Source: an uncultured virus (IMG/VR IMGVR_UViG_3300044699_000169) (lineage: Duplodnaviria > Heunggongvirae > Uroviricota > Caudoviricetes). From it: DNA of 64,000 nt. Shown here one piece after another: positions 1 to 13,315 of this stretch. Position 1 is the stretch's first letter. Every line of letters starts with the position of its first letter. Under the pieces are notes generated by a model. That model searched no databases and was not told where the DNA came from. It saw nothing but the letters and a program-made list of their open reading frames with translations. The DNA is taken from IMG/VR virus record IMGVR_UViG_3300044699_000169; one strand, given 5' to 3'. The position numbers were made by a program, and so were the translations under genes.

Positions 1-396
1 AAGCTCCTCGAGGCTGCATCTGGAGAAGACCCAAGCATCGTTGTTTACGGCGGGAACTATCCGACCAAGGACGGGACATGCGTTCGTGATTACATTCACG
101 TTCTGGATATCGCCGAAGCTCATCTTGCCGCAGCTGGAAAGCTCATGTCTGGAGCTCTAGCCGGGACTGAGATCAACCTTGGATCCGGGGTAGGCGCAAG
201 CGTCCTGGACGTGATCGAGGCAACGGAGCGGATTACCGAAAAAAAATTCAGACGTCTTGTCCGGGAAGGGCGAAAGGGAGACGCCGTCATTGCCGTATCG
301 TCCTTCGAATGGGCAAGAAAATCTATCGGGTGGGAACCAAGACGGTCTCTTGAAGATGGAATTCGTGACGTGTGGAATTTGATGAGGCATTTATGA
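1..396 (+). CDS. galE: UDP-glucose 4-epimerase, C-terminal part (runs off left edge)
   Basis: Frame 1 reads VYGGNYPTKDGTCVRDYIHVLDIAEAH...INLGSGVGASVLDVI...GRKGD...IGWEP, the typical GalE C-terminus. Confidence 0.9.
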   Translation, partial: KLLEAASGEDPSIVVYGGNYPTKDGTCVRDYIHVLDIAEAHLAAAGKLMSGALAGTEINLGSGVGASVLDVIEATERITEKKFRRLVREGRKGDAVIAVSSFEWARKSIGWEPRRSLEDGIRDVWNLMRHL

Positions 397-986
397 TCGA
401 CCCGGAACTTCAAGCCATCATCGGGAAGACCGTCGCCAAAGACCCATGGAAAAATCAGTGGTCGGTCGTGAACGAGTTTGGTGGAGGGTGGGCGGTTGAG
501 CTTGAGGTCGGGGAGCTTCTTCATGCGATCGTGAGAACTCTGAAGCCAAGCTTAATCGTCGAAACCGGAACCCATAAAGGCTTCTCGGCTCTCATGATGG
601 CTAAAGCTTTGCAGCAGAATGGGAGCGGGCACATCCATACCGTGGATATGGAGGATCACGGAACGAAGGAGCTCTTCAAACGTTTCGGCCTCTCGTCCGT
701 GGCGACGTTCTACAAGATGATGTCCGTGAATCTGATCCGGATGATGCCAAAGGATAGGAAGATCGACTTCCTTTGGCTCGATGCCGACCATTCAGAAGAG
801 TCCGTGCTCGCCGAGATTGAGGCTGCTCTTCATTTTCTCAAGCCAGGATCCTATGTCGGATTCCACGACGCGCTGGTCGACCGTCGAGAAGACAACGCCG
901 TGAAGAAGGTCCGCGCGCAGCATCCTACCTGGGAATACATCCGGTTCTTTTCAGCTCGCGGCGTGGATTTGATGAGGGTGTCCTGA
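393..986 (+). CDS. Class I SAM-dependent methyltransferase (Methyltransf_24-like)
   Basis: IVETGTHKGFSA motif I, IDFLWLDADH, LKPGSYVGFHD; ATGA overlap with galE. Confidence 0.8.
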   Translation: MIDPELQAIIGKTVAKDPWKNQWSVVNEFGGGWAVELEVGELLHAIVRTLKPSLIVETGTHKGFSALMMAKALQQNGSGHIHTVDMEDHGTKELFKRFGLSSVATFYKMMSVNLIRMMPKDRKIDFLWLDADHSEESVLAEIEAALHFLKPGSYVGFHDALVDRREDNAVKKVRAQHPTWEYIRFFSARGVDLMRVS

Positions 987-1057
987 GCCTGAATAGGAAA
1001 CCTTGACTTTCTATCCCTATCGCGTGTACTACGTATACGCAAGCTTCTGAGAGGCCT

Positions 1058-1600
1058 ATGCATCCTTCGGTAATCGACTTTCTCAAATCTCACCTCACCG
1101 CAGAGGAAGTACGCGGAAAACGGATCGCCGAGATCGGCTCTCAGGACGTGAACGGGACTCCGCGCCCCGTGATCCTTCCGCTCCAGCCTGCGGCCTATAT
1201 CGGGGTCGACTTCGCTCCTGGCGCCGGCGTTGACGTGGTCGCCGACGCCAAGGCCTTGACCGCCAAGTTCGGGGAAGGCGCGTTCGACATCGTGATCTCG
1301 ACCGAGATGCTCGAACACGTCGAGGACTGGCGTCCGATCGTTGGGCAGCTGAAGGCGATTACGAAGCCTGGAGGGCTCCTTCTTATCACGACTCGGTCTC
1401 CCGGGTTCCCCTATCACCCCTACCCAATCGACGTCTGGAGGTACACGCTTTCGGATTTCCACAAGATCTTCAAGGACATGGAGATCGTCGCCATCTGCAG
1501 CGACTGGCAGGTTCCAGGAGTCTTCGCCAAGGTGAGGAAGCCGGATCTCTTTGTCCCGTGCGACCTCTCGAAGATCGAATTGGCTCGTGTTGTGCCGTAG
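1058..1600 (+). CDS. Class I SAM-dependent methyltransferase (Methyltransf_11-like)
   Basis: EIGSQDVNG, YIGVDFAPGAGVDVVAD, FDIVISTEMLEHVED, YHPYPIDVWRY. Confidence 0.8.
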   Translation: MHPSVIDFLKSHLTAEEVRGKRIAEIGSQDVNGTPRPVILPLQPAAYIGVDFAPGAGVDVVADAKALTAKFGEGAFDIVISTEMLEHVEDWRPIVGQLKAITKPGGLLLITTRSPGFPYHPYPIDVWRYTLSDFHKIFKDMEIVAICSDWQVPGVFAKVRKPDLFVPCDLSKIELARVVP

Positions 1601-1611
1601 GGGGAGGGGCG

Positions 1612-4271
<2,660 letters not shown>

Positions 4272-4272
4272 G

Positions 4273-5556
4273 ATGCAGAACTGGAAACCATCGGTATCCT
4301 GCGTCATGGCAACGCTTCCTTCCAGACGCCACCTTCTCCCTAAAGCGATCGAATACTTTTTGAGGCAGGATTATTCGGACAGGGAGCTCCTCATCATTGA
4401 TGAGGGGCCTGAGCCGTTTCCAGTAGGACTTCTTCGGGCCGGCGTCCGTCTATTCTCCGTTCCTCCAGGGCTAAGTCTTGGTCGGAAGCTGAATCTCGGA
4501 ATTCCAAAGGTCGCTGGAGAGGTGATCGTCAAGCTGGACGATGACGACTGGTATCATCCACGGCTGGTCAGTGAGCTCGTGAAGGCGCTTTCGCTTGCCC
4601 CGACGGGCGTCAGAATCTCAACGATTTCTCGCTTCAGGACGCTTCTGGTCCCCGAGTGGAAGATGATGACGTCCCAGGATGGGTGGATGCTCGGGAATTC
4701 GCTCTGCTTTAGAAAGTCCGACTGGGAAGGGCCAAGATTCGACGAGGCCCACGACCACATGGCCGATTCCCACTTTCTGGCCTACTACGGAAACAGGATC
4801 TCCCCGGTGAACGATCCCGAGCTCTGCGTGGTCGTCCGACACGAAAGCGGACATCTCTGGAGGCAGCTGCTTGGGAACTCGGTCGAAGATCACTTCAAGA
4901 GGAACTTCGTTCCCGTGGACGGGCGGCCGGAAGCCTTCCTACCTCCGGAGGACGCCGGGGTCTATCGCCTGCTTCGTGCCAGACAAAGTGCAGAAGTTCC
5001 CTGCGATCCTGACGGATACGGAATGGCCGAGGATTCCGCCGGGTATCTACGCAAGATCTGCGAAGAGGACGCTCCGCGAAGGATCGTCGAGATCGGGACT
5101 GGACCGGGCGTCTCCCACAGTGTCCTATCCAAATGGAGTCCTCGGGAAGCCATGATCTGGTCGATCGACCACGTTCCAGAGTGGCAGGACGAGGCTCGAA
5201 AGCGCCTTCTTCGGCTCGGAATTGCTCGTCCGGAGATCCGGTACATCACGGCCTGCATCGTGGACGTTCTCTTTGAAGGAGGATCGGTATCCACCTACGA
5301 TCCTTCAGCTTTCCGGGAGATTCCCGGCGCGATCGACCTCCTGCTGGTGGACGGATATTCGAGGGGGCCCATGCTCGGCGTGTTCCTAGATCGCCTGTCT
5401 CCAAACGCGACGATCCTGCTCGATGATCTCCGGCGTCCTTCGGAACGGGCGGCGATGGCTGCATGGGTCTCTCTTCTTACGAGGTCAGGCCGACGCTTCA
5501 CGACGGCGATCATTCCGACCGAAAGGATATTCGGGGAGATCAGGCTGACGCCATGA
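4273..5556 (+). CDS. GT2 glycosyltransferase fused to a C-terminal methyltransferase-like domain
   Basis: VSCVMAT...FLRQDY...ELLIIDE...LGRKLN...KLDDDDWY; then IVEIGTGPG...SIDH...IDLLLVDG...ILLDD. Confidence 0.75.
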   Translation: MQNWKPSVSCVMATLPSRRHLLPKAIEYFLRQDYSDRELLIIDEGPEPFPVGLLRAGVRLFSVPPGLSLGRKLNLGIPKVAGEVIVKLDDDDWYHPRLVSELVKALSLAPTGVRISTISRFRTLLVPEWKMMTSQDGWMLGNSLCFRKSDWEGPRFDEAHDHMADSHFLAYYGNRISPVNDPELCVVVRHESGHLWRQLLGNSVEDHFKRNFVPVDGRPEAFLPPEDAGVYRLLRARQSAEVPCDPDGYGMAEDSAGYLRKICEEDAPRRIVEIGTGPGVSHSVLSKWSPREAMIWSIDHVPEWQDEARKRLLRLGIARPEIRYITACIVDVLFEGGSVSTYDPSAFREIPGAIDLLLVDGYSRGPMLGVFLDRLSPNATILLDDLRRPSERAAMAAWVSLLTRSGRRFTTAIIPTERIFGEIRLTP

Positions 5557-6253
5557 AGACGGCGCTCGTTACCGGGGCGTTCGGAGATCGTTATCTCCGC
5601 ATGGCGGAGGTGACATTTCCGAATCTGAAGGCCTACGCTGATCGGATCGGAGCGGACTTTCATGTGCTCCAAGAGCGTCGTTTTCTAGGCGGGACTCCGC
5701 ACTGGGAAAAGCTGCAGCTTGCCGACTTCCTTGGGAACTATGATCGCGTCATCTGGAGCGACTGCGACATCCTTGTGCGCGCCGACTGTCCCAATCTGTT
5801 CGACGTGGTCCCTGAAAGCATGATCGGCGCGTGGGACGAGTCCGTAGTCGGCCCTTGGGACTATCCTGGCTTCCTGGACAAGTGGTCCGCGCTGACCAAG
5901 CTTCCACGCGTCCGATACCCTGGGTGGCACGCCAATACGGGTGTGGCGGTGTTTTCGAAGAGACATCTTCCGCTCTTTTCGCCCCCCTCTATCCTGGCCG
6001 GTTACGAAGTTCTGTGGGAGCAGGGTTGGATCAACTATCAGGCGGCTGCGAGACGGGCAGCGTTCATGGACTTCGGCTGGAAGTTCAACCATATGTTCAT
6101 CGCCCCGCCCTCGCGACACGAGTCGTTTGTGATTCACTATTGCGGGACCATCAATGGAAGTGGATACTCTAAGGACATCCCTCTGGCGGGGACTATATCG
6201 ACGTGATCAAGAACGACCTTGAAATTTGGAGAAAGAGGGGGCTGATTCCATGA
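5553..6253 (+). CDS. GT-A glycosyltransferase (GT8/nucleotide-diphosphosugar transferase-like); probable frameshift near 6190
   Basis: WEKLQL...YDRVIWSDCDILV...NTGVAVF...EQGWIN...FNHM...VIHY; alternative frame DYIDVIKNDLEIWRKRGLIP* ends on the ATGA of the next gene. Confidence 0.7.
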
Positions 6254-7278
6254 ACGGCGTCTCAGCGGTTTTAATCACCAAGAACGAAGCTAAATTCATC
6301 GGGCGATGCATCAAGTCGCTTGAAGGCCTCGATCAGATCATCGTCCACGACACTGGGTCGACCGACGATACCGTCAAGATCGCCCGACAGATGGGTGCCG
6401 ACGTCTCGGAAACCGAGATCTCTCCCTTCCACTTTGCCCAGGCCCGGAACGAGGCCATGATGCGGGCGAAGAACCGCTGGATCCTGTCGATCGACGCCGA
6501 CGAAGTTCTGAGGGAAGGGTCGCTTGGGCCGCTGCTCGGGGCGATCAAGAACTACACCATGTCCGCCTACCAGATCGGCTACGAGAACCGAGCGGTGGAA
6601 GGCGGGAGCACCATGCTCAACCCGCGCGCGGTTCTCTTCCAGAAGGGGCGCTGGATCTGGAAGTACCGGGTCCATGAGCGGCTCCTTTCCCTATTTCCGC
6701 CGGCGAAGGTCGGAAGGCTTCTCGAGTGCGTGATCGAACACCATCCTGATCACGACAAGTCAACGCGTCGGGCTCAGAACCTGGAGCTCCTCAAGATGTG
6801 CGTCGAGGAGAGTCCGGAGTACATATACGCCGCGCGCCAGCTCGGCCTCGAGTACATCCTCCTCGAGAAGTGGACCGAGGCGATTCCGTATCTCGAGGCC
6901 CACGTTCGCCAGCCCGTGGATCCCGCCGACGCTCCCTTCGAGCGGGTGGCCTCCCGGATGCAGCTGGCCAAGTGCGTGGCTAGAACCGGCGATCTCGGCC
7001 GAGCCCTGCAGGAGTTCAGCACGGCTTCGGACGAGGCCCCACTCCGTCGGGAACCACTCTACTGGGCGGCGATCGAGCTCATCATGGCGGCGCGGCCGTG
7101 GGAAGCGATCCCGTGGCTTGAGCGCTGCCTCAAGGTGCCTCCGGATCACATGCCCGAGTTTTCGCTCTATTCGAAGGGGCTCCAGGAAGGCCTCGCGGAG
7201 ACGACGATGCTCGACTGCCAGACTATGATCGAAGAGGCGAAGGCCAGGTACGAAGCGCAGAAGGGGAGAGCCGGGTAG
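6250..7278 (+). CDS. GT2 glycosyltransferase with C-terminal TPR-like helices
   Basis: SAVLITKNEAKFIGRCIKSL...DTGSTDDT...FAQARN...WILSIDADE...WKYRVHE, followed by TPR-like repeats (APLRREPLY). Confidence 0.85.
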   Translation: MNGVSAVLITKNEAKFIGRCIKSLEGLDQIIVHDTGSTDDTVKIARQMGADVSETEISPFHFAQARNEAMMRAKNRWILSIDADEVLREGSLGPLLGAIKNYTMSAYQIGYENRAVEGGSTMLNPRAVLFQKGRWIWKYRVHERLLSLFPPAKVGRLLECVIEHHPDHDKSTRRAQNLELLKMCVEESPEYIYAARQLGLEYILLEKWTEAIPYLEAHVRQPVDPADAPFERVASRMQLAKCVARTGDLGRALQEFSTASDEAPLRREPLYWAAIELIMAARPWEAIPWLERCLKVPPDHMPEFSLYSKGLQEGLAETTMLDCQTMIEEAKARYEAQKGRAG

Positions 7279-7292
7279 ACGGCCCCCTATCA

Positions 7293-7321
7293 TTGCAATC
7301 TAGCCATCTTTGGGTTACCTT
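7293..7321 (+). promoter_or_regulatory. sigma70-like promoter upstream of the Pro/Thr-rich protein block
   Basis: TTGCAA-17 bp-TACCTT in the intergenic gap. Confidence 0.4.
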
Positions 7322-7348
7322 ACTTCCTGAGGCATTCAGGAAGCTCCT

Positions 7349-7654
7349 ATGGGCCCGTACAGGGCAGCCGCCTACCAAGGACCCCGCCTGATTACGGTCC
7401 ATCACGGTCCGTACCAGAAGACGATGGGCCAGACCTTTGACCAGATGCTGGGCCTCCCAGCGTGCAGCGGAGACGTCTGCCGTCTCATCTTTCACACGGG
7501 TGCGACGATCCTCTCCTTCCACATCGCGCTGACCTCGAAGAGCACGGCCTGGAGCACGCTGGGATGGGTCATCGGCCTCGGGCAGGGCTTCGCCGGGATT
7601 CTCGATATCGTGAGCCTCGTCAAGCGCGCCACCGGAACCCATCCTCCGGAGTGA
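7349..7654 (+). CDS. Small membrane protein
   Basis: Two hydrophobic segments; N-terminal YQG/TMG/MLG motifs. Confidence 0.55.
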   Translation: MGPYRAAAYQGPRLITVHHGPYQKTMGQTFDQMLGLPACSGDVCRLIFHTGATILSFHIALTSKSTAWSTLGWVIGLGQGFAGILDIVSLVKRATGTHPPE

Positions 7655-7657
7655 CGA

Positions 7658-7957
7658 ATGGGGAACCGAAGCATCTTTCGGCCCGCGTTCATGGGCGCGC
7701 CGGCGTCCCGGCGTCCCGTGAGAAGGCAAGAGCCCTTCGGCGTGAAGCCTCCGACAATCGCCGTGAACAGCTACGACATCCCGCCGGGCGCACTTGCGAA
7801 GTGGCTTCTTCACGTCGTTCCTGACGGATATTCCGGAACGTATCCCCGCGTCGTGAAAACTCTGGACGGCGAGTATCAGCTCTACGCCGACGGCACTGCA
7901 GAGTTCACCCCTCTCGGACTTTCTCCGGGGCCGCGATTCTCGATCTGGGAGAGGTAA
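7658..7957 (+). CDS. Hypothetical protein with Arg-rich leader
   Basis: Tiles between neighbouring genes; MGNRSIFRPAFMG. Confidence 0.55.
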   Translation: MGNRSIFRPAFMGAPASRRPVRRQEPFGVKPPTIAVNSYDIPPGALAKWLLHVVPDGYSGTYPRVVKTLDGEYQLYADGTAEFTPLGLSPGPRFSIWER

Positions 7958-7959
7958 GA

Positions 7960-9186
7960 ATGTTCAAGCGCAACTTCTTCGGCGCGGGGCCCTGGGATCA
8001 AGCCCGCAGCCTGCCCACCATTCGTCTGGCGGGACCGCGGCGTCTTGGGGCGGCGAACTGCTGCGTCGTTACCGATCCCCAAACTGGATCTCAGGTGAAG
8101 CATTGCACCGATCCGCTTTGGATAAGTTCTCCGGGAATCTACCCAGGATTTCCGGAATGCGGGCCTGACGGGACTTCTCCGCCGACCCCGACTCCGACCC
8201 CAACTCCCACGCCGACGCCCACTCCAACTCCGGGGCTTCCCCCAACGGTGGCCTGCCCAATGGGAGGCGACCGCTTCACGCTTGTCAGCTATATCGACGG
8301 CAGTATCATCGCGGAAAACATCACGCGGGATCAATTCGGTCAGTACACCGCTGACGTGACCGATCTTGCTCCCGGGGTGACCTGCAACGATGATGCGCGC
8401 TGCAAACCGGTTTGCGGCGGGGACATCTACAATCAGAATGAACCACCGGACGTTCCGACCTGCTGCACTCTGAGCTGGAGTCCGGGGCAAAACACATGGA
8501 TCGTCCACTGCCAAGCCGTGGACGAACGAGGCATCAATCAAGGGTTCAGCGATACAATCGACAAGCTGGATCGTGCGAAATGGGATGCCCTCTGTGCCTA
8601 TGTTCCTCCGGGAGGGTGCAGGGCCGGTCTGACCATGATAGCCGGTCAGTGCAGCCCCGGCGCGATCGCCTGCGGAGATAGGATCGTTGAAGTCGATTTC
8701 GATCCCCAGAAGAACAGTTACGAGCCCACTGGAAGAATCCTGTCCGAATCCTGGAACACCGAGCATCCATATGAGCAGCTTCCTCTCGGGGTTCACATGG
8801 TGAACGAGAGCGATCCTCGCTGCCAGGTCCAGGCTGTAGCGCCGACACCTACCCCGACGCCGACGCCCGCTCCGACGCCGACGCCTGCGCCGACACCGAC
8901 CGCAACTCCTGGACCGGTTTCGGTGGCTCCACCGACTCAAGTAAGCCCTGGCGCGACGGTGCCGATCAGGACTACGCCGTTCTCGGCTCCTGCCGCGCCG
9001 CCGCCTTTGCGCGTCGCGCCTGGTCCGATGCCGAGTGCTCCGCCGCCGGCGGTCCCGAGCAAGTCCTTCCAGCCGTCGACGCGTCCGAACTGCCACGTCA
9101 CGCCCTACAAGACCAGGATGTTCCCGCAGACGACGACGCCGACGAGGCCCGACGACTTCACGGAAAAGGATCGCTGGACGACCTGA
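7960..9186 (+). CDS. Cys-rich, Pro/Thr-repeat protein (putative virion or surface protein)
   Basis: (PT)n linkers between Cys-rich modules; GAGG upstream of the ATG. Confidence 0.7.
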   Translation: MFKRNFFGAGPWDQARSLPTIRLAGPRRLGAANCCVVTDPQTGSQVKHCTDPLWISSPGIYPGFPECGPDGTSPPTPTPTPTPTPTPTPTPGLPPTVACPMGGDRFTLVSYIDGSIIAENITRDQFGQYTADVTDLAPGVTCNDDARCKPVCGGDIYNQNEPPDVPTCCTLSWSPGQNTWIVHCQAVDERGINQGFSDTIDKLDRAKWDALCAYVPPGGCRAGLTMIAGQCSPGAIACGDRIVEVDFDPQKNSYEPTGRILSESWNTEHPYEQLPLGVHMVNESDPRCQVQAVAPTPTPTPTPAPTPTPAPTPTATPGPVSVAPPTQVSPGATVPIRTTPFSAPAAPPPLRVAPGPMPSAPPPAVPSKSFQPSTRPNCHVTPYKTRMFPQTTTPTRPDDFTEKDRWTT

Positions 9187-9187
9187 C

Positions 9188-9502
9188 GTGAGCCGCCGTC
9201 GCACGCGTCTGGGGGCGGTGCAGGCCAAGAATCTCGTCGATGTTCTCGAGGAGATTCAGGAGCGTCATCCCAACGTCGAACTCAAGGAATTCGAAGCAGC
9301 CGGGAAGCCTCGCGGGACTTGGACCATGGAGGATCTCCTGGCGATCGTCCGGAGGGATCTTCAGGCGATGACGCCCCAGGAGCGCGCGGCCTTCGATCGC
9401 TATCGGTACTTCTGGGGATACGGGCCTGAGGGTCAGGTCCAGGTGGTCCATGCCCCAGTACGCGGAATTCCCTTCGCACAGTTTATCCAAATCGAGGAAT
9501 AG
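9188..9502 (+). CDS. Hypothetical protein with RRRTRLG leader
   Basis: GTG start immediately after the previous stop. Confidence 0.55.
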   Translation: MSRRRTRLGAVQAKNLVDVLEEIQERHPNVELKEFEAAGKPRGTWTMEDLLAIVRRDLQAMTPQERAAFDRYRYFWGYGPEGQVQVVHAPVRGIPFAQFIQIEE

Positions 9503-9505
9503 CCA

Positions 9506-9709
9506 TTGTATACGGGAAAGAAAAAGTCGACCGTCGAGCTCACGCAAGGAGAGATCGAGTCTCTTCTTGAGGCGGCACAAACTCTCGAGGAAGTTCTCCA
9601 AAAAGAAGAGGAGGATACCGGAGAGTCGCTGTCGTCCGACGATCGCTTCCTGCTGAAGGTTCTTGGTCGAGCGGCATCGAAGCTGGATCAGGCGCTGCCG
9701 TCGAAGTAA
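9506..9709 (+). CDS. Small acidic helical hypothetical protein
   Basis: Tiling; GAGG upstream of the TTG start. Confidence 0.5.
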   Translation: MYTGKKKSTVELTQGEIESLLEAAQTLEEVLQKEEEDTGESLSSDDRFLLKVLGRAASKLDQALPSK

Positions 9710-9722
9710 GTTCGGGAAGGCT

Positions 9723-10567
9723 ATGATCAAGGTTCTCAGCTACGGCGGCGGTCTCGACAGTTTCGCGATGCTGCTCGGCGCGATCGAGCGCGGGGAGCTC
9801 CCAAACTACGCCGTCTTCGCCGATACCGGATCTCCGAACGGCCGAGATGGGGAGTGGCCCGGCACCTACCTTCACATGCGCGACTACGCGATCCCGCTCT
9901 GCCAGAAGTACGGGATCGAGTTCGTCTGGATCACCAAGGACCAGTATCCCGTCCGCGGATACGAATCCCTGATCGCCTTCTTCGAATCCAAGCACATGAT
10001 GCTTACCCGGATGAGCCGGGTCTGCACCTCAGCCGCCAAGGTCGAACGGATCCAGTCCTGGATGGACGACCACATTCCAGCCCACGAGCAGATCGAGGTC
10101 TGGATCGGGTTCGAAGCCGGAGAGGAGAACCGGGCGGCGAACGACCCTCACAACTCGAAGACCTGCGGCGCCGGACCAAGCCGACGGGTGAACCGGTTCC
10201 CCCTCATCGAGGCAAATCTCTGCCGCTGCCGTTGCGAGATCATGACCCGGAAGGCGAACTATCCGGTTCCGCGGAAGTCGGCCTGCATCTACTGCCCCTT
10301 CAACTCGAAAGGCGACTGGAAAACAGCCGCCCAAGAGCAGCCGGTGACCTTCGCCCGGGCGGTCTCGCTCGAGGAAAACTCAAGCTCACCGAGAAGCGCG
10401 GCATCAAGCTTCGGTTCTCCGGAGATGAGGACAAGCCCCTCGAGGAGTGGACCCAGGAGTCGTACCGGCCACAGACGATTCCCTGCGCGGTCTGCGGCCG
10501 CGCCAAGCGCGCTTCGAAGAAGGTCGGCACCGGTTACCTGACGCCGGAGGAGTATGTGTCCGAATGA
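9723..10567 (+). CDS. PAPS-reductase/PP-loop family protein with Cys cluster; frameshift near 10380
   Basis: LSYGGGLDS PP-loop, VFADTG, EWPGTY, WIGFEAGE, FPLIE, PRKSACIYCPF. Confidence 0.75.
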
Positions 10568-11359
10568 GGATCGTCATTCCTCTTCACCTGGACGAGCTCC
10601 CGGTTGCAGACTGGCTCAACACGCGCGCCAACGAGCCGCCTCCGGGGGCATCCTGGGCCCTGGGGGGACGAGGCTTTTCCAGACCAACGAGTTCAGCTTC
10701 GATGATGGTCTGGAAAGCGTTCTTCTCGACCTCCTGGATCTTTACGTCGTGACCGTGGAGAATGATCCGGACCTCAATCCTGAGTCGGCCAATGCGGCCC
10801 TCAGACTCCGAGAGAAGATCGTGGAGGCGGGTGGAAGGCCATGCGTGACCCTCCACGACATGTCCAGGGAGCAGCTCGCCGATCTGGTCTCAGAGCTCCA
10901 ACTTCATCTCTACCTCGAGCGCGATCCGAAGCAGGGCTTTGTCTGGAATCCCAACAAGGACGTCAGTTTGCGGCGACGTCGCCGAGTTCCTGCAGGACTC
11001 ATGGGACGGAACCGCCTTCATCCCTCGAGCGTTCCGATCAAGAAGCCTTTCGTTCACCGTCCGGAAGGGATAGAATACGAAATGTCCGGTCCCGGGGAGG
11101 GGACGTGGATCCGCGGGAATCGCCTGGAAGCTTCGGTGCGCCGAGCAAGAAGCTGGCCGACATCGTGGACGGAAAGACGTTCCGGAAGCTGATCCTCCTC
11201 GACGTCGAGGCTCTTAAGGAACTCCGGGATCTCAGCCAGGAACTGATCGACTTCATGGAGGAGGACGCTCATGGCGAAGAAGAAGAGGAAGATGACCCGC
11301 AAGCCGGTGTCGTCTCGCTGCCCGACGAACCTCAAGGCCGACGAGAAGAGAGACGGTAA
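10564..11359 (+). CDS. Modular hypothetical protein, several frameshifts
   Basis: Coding-like segments switch frames (ORFs 10447, 10554, 10841); end uncertain. Confidence 0.4.
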
Positions 11360-11571
11360 TGTGCTTCCGGGTCGAGCGCGTCCAGCGCAACAGCCACAAG
11401 GGGTACGTCACCTCGTTCTTCACCCGTTCGACCGGACGTCCAGCGGGCTTCTCGACATCCCCAGGAGCCTGCAAGAGGACCATGGATCCTTTCCAGGCCT
11501 CCATCCGCACCAAGGGGAGAGCCGAGGAGATCGGACGGCAGTGCTCCATCCAAAGCTCGAAAAAGAAGTAG
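11271..11571 (+). CDS. Basic Cys-containing small protein, frameshifted
   Basis: MAKKKRKMTRK...CFRVERVQR...CSIQSSKKK*; GGAGG upstream. Confidence 0.45.
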
Positions 11572-11574
11572 ACG

Positions 11575-12135
11575 ATGGGGCGCCCTATCTATGTGGATCT
11601 TGACGCAACCCTGATCGACTCGGACGTCGACGAGCTCGGGAATGTCGTCCACATCGAGGCGCGCCCTGGCGCGGCCCAGTTCCTTCAGAAGCTTTCCAAG
11701 CATGGGGATCTCTTTCTGCTCACCCATGCAATGCGACCTCACGTCAAGAACGCCTTCCGAGTGATCGGAAAATCATCCAAGCTTTTCGTGGGAGTTATTT
11801 CTCGAGAAGACATGGAACCCGTCATCGAGCAGATCGACTACATCGTGAACGATCCGCGCCTCACGGACGAAGAAAAGGGCATGCTCTACCAGGAGATCAG
11901 ACCCCTGTCCCGAGAGGGTATGTCTTCGACGATCAGCCCGTGGGATCCGAGCTCTACCTTCTCAAGGCCGCGAACCGTAGGCGCCAAGCCCAACGACTGG
12001 ATCAAGGTGAGGCCCTTCAAGCGCGGTCGTACCGGAGGGCAGGAGCTCGATCGTGCCTACCGGGAATATCTCCGTCGCTCCGGAGGCGAGAGCGCTGCAG
12101 TGCTTTCCGGGCGCGCGATACGGGTGACCGGATGA
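11575..12135 (+). CDS. HAD-superfamily FCP1/NIF-like phosphatase
   Basis: YVDLDATLI (DxDxT), RPGAAQFLQKL, LFLLTHA. Confidence 0.7.
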   Translation: MGRPIYVDLDATLIDSDVDELGNVVHIEARPGAAQFLQKLSKHGDLFLLTHAMRPHVKNAFRVIGKSSKLFVGVISREDMEPVIEQIDYIVNDPRLTDEEKGMLYQEIRPLSREGMSSTISPWDPSSTFSRPRTVGAKPNDWIKVRPFKRGRTGGQELDRAYREYLRRSGGESAAVLSGRAIRVTG

Positions 12136-12569
12136 AGCGCCGGCCGCGGCTGGGCATCGCTCCAGTTCGCGGACCTGAGGTTTACTCGGTCTGCAAGCTT
12201 CTGGATGCGGACCCAGAATCCCGAGAATATCTGTCCGTCGCTGCCATGGTCTATTCTCACGCGTCCCATCGCGCCGCCATGGTGGAGGTGGCGATCGTCG
12301 GCCTCGAGGTAAAGAAAGTCGCCGAGGCTTTTTGCGGAATCGGGCCCTCTGACTTCCAGGAGCTTGTCGACGTCTCTCAGAACTTTCTGGAAGAGAGCCG
12401 GACTCGGCGACGCTTGATCTGTCAGGAAGGTTTCAAGACGATCGGGGACGCCACTTACTTCATCACGAGCCATCTCTGGCTGGAGCCGCGCTTGGAGCGT
12501 TACGAAGCGATGGGCGCTCTTGAGGAGGCCTCGGAGGCCGTCTACGTCTGCTTCGGAATACGTCCGTAA
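12132..12569 (+). CDS. Hypothetical protein with MKRRPRLG leader
   Basis: ATGA overlap with the upstream gene. Confidence 0.55.
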   Translation: MKRRPRLGIAPVRGPEVYSVCKLLDADPESREYLSVAAMVYSHASHRAAMVEVAIVGLEVKKVAEAFCGIGPSDFQELVDVSQNFLEESRTRRRLICQEGFKTIGDATYFITSHLWLEPRLERYEAMGALEEASEAVYVCFGIRP

Positions 12570-12572
12570 GAG

Positions 12573-13313
12573 GTGATGGTGATGGAACCGATCCGGCTTA
12601 TCACCACTTCCTCGGACCTTCCCGCCATCGACGCGCTTAAGAAATCCCTCGGAGAACATACCGGGGCATCGCTCTATAAGAAGATCGTCGACCGGGTCGG
12701 CAAGGAGCCGGGTGCCGAACTTGGCCACGGTATGAAAGGTGTCGTCTACGATCTCGGCGACGGAAGGGTCCTTAAGCTGACGGCCGATGCGAGCGAGATC
12801 GAGCGATGACTCTCATGATGAAGTCAGATCACCCAAATCTTGTTCGGGTCTATGACGTATTTGTCGTCTGCCGCGGACGGAGCGGGGTCGGAGTCGTCGT
12901 CCGGGAATGGGTCGGCAAGTCGCTCGAGAAGATAGAAGACTTCGACCGTATGAACAGCAGGGTCCGAGATGCGGTGGATCACGCCGAGGAGAGCTACGAG
13001 GAGACTGCGGGGTCGACAGACACAAATGCCGCCCGTTATGCCATGGAAGATCTCCTGGCCTACCTTGAAAACGTCGGAGACGGCAGCGCCGAGACCCTGA
13101 AGATCGAGCACGGGATCAGGGCCGGGATCGGAGCTTTGATGGGTATGGGAATTTACGGAATCGACTTTCGATCCCAGGAACATCGCGATCGACGACGGGG
13201 GAAATCCCGTGATCTTTGATGTCGGCGTTGTACAGATCAACGCCCGCCGTACCGTGAAGATCTCGAGAGTCGGATGCGTCCAGGATCGTCGAATCGCTTC
13301 GCCGATTGGCTGA
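12573..13313 (+). CDS. Ser/Thr protein-kinase-like protein, two frameshifts
   Basis: LGHGMKGVVY Gly-loop, VLKLT, HPNLVRVYDV, DFDPRN catalytic-loop-like, IFDVG (DFG-like). Confidence 0.7.
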
Positions 13314-13315
13314 GA

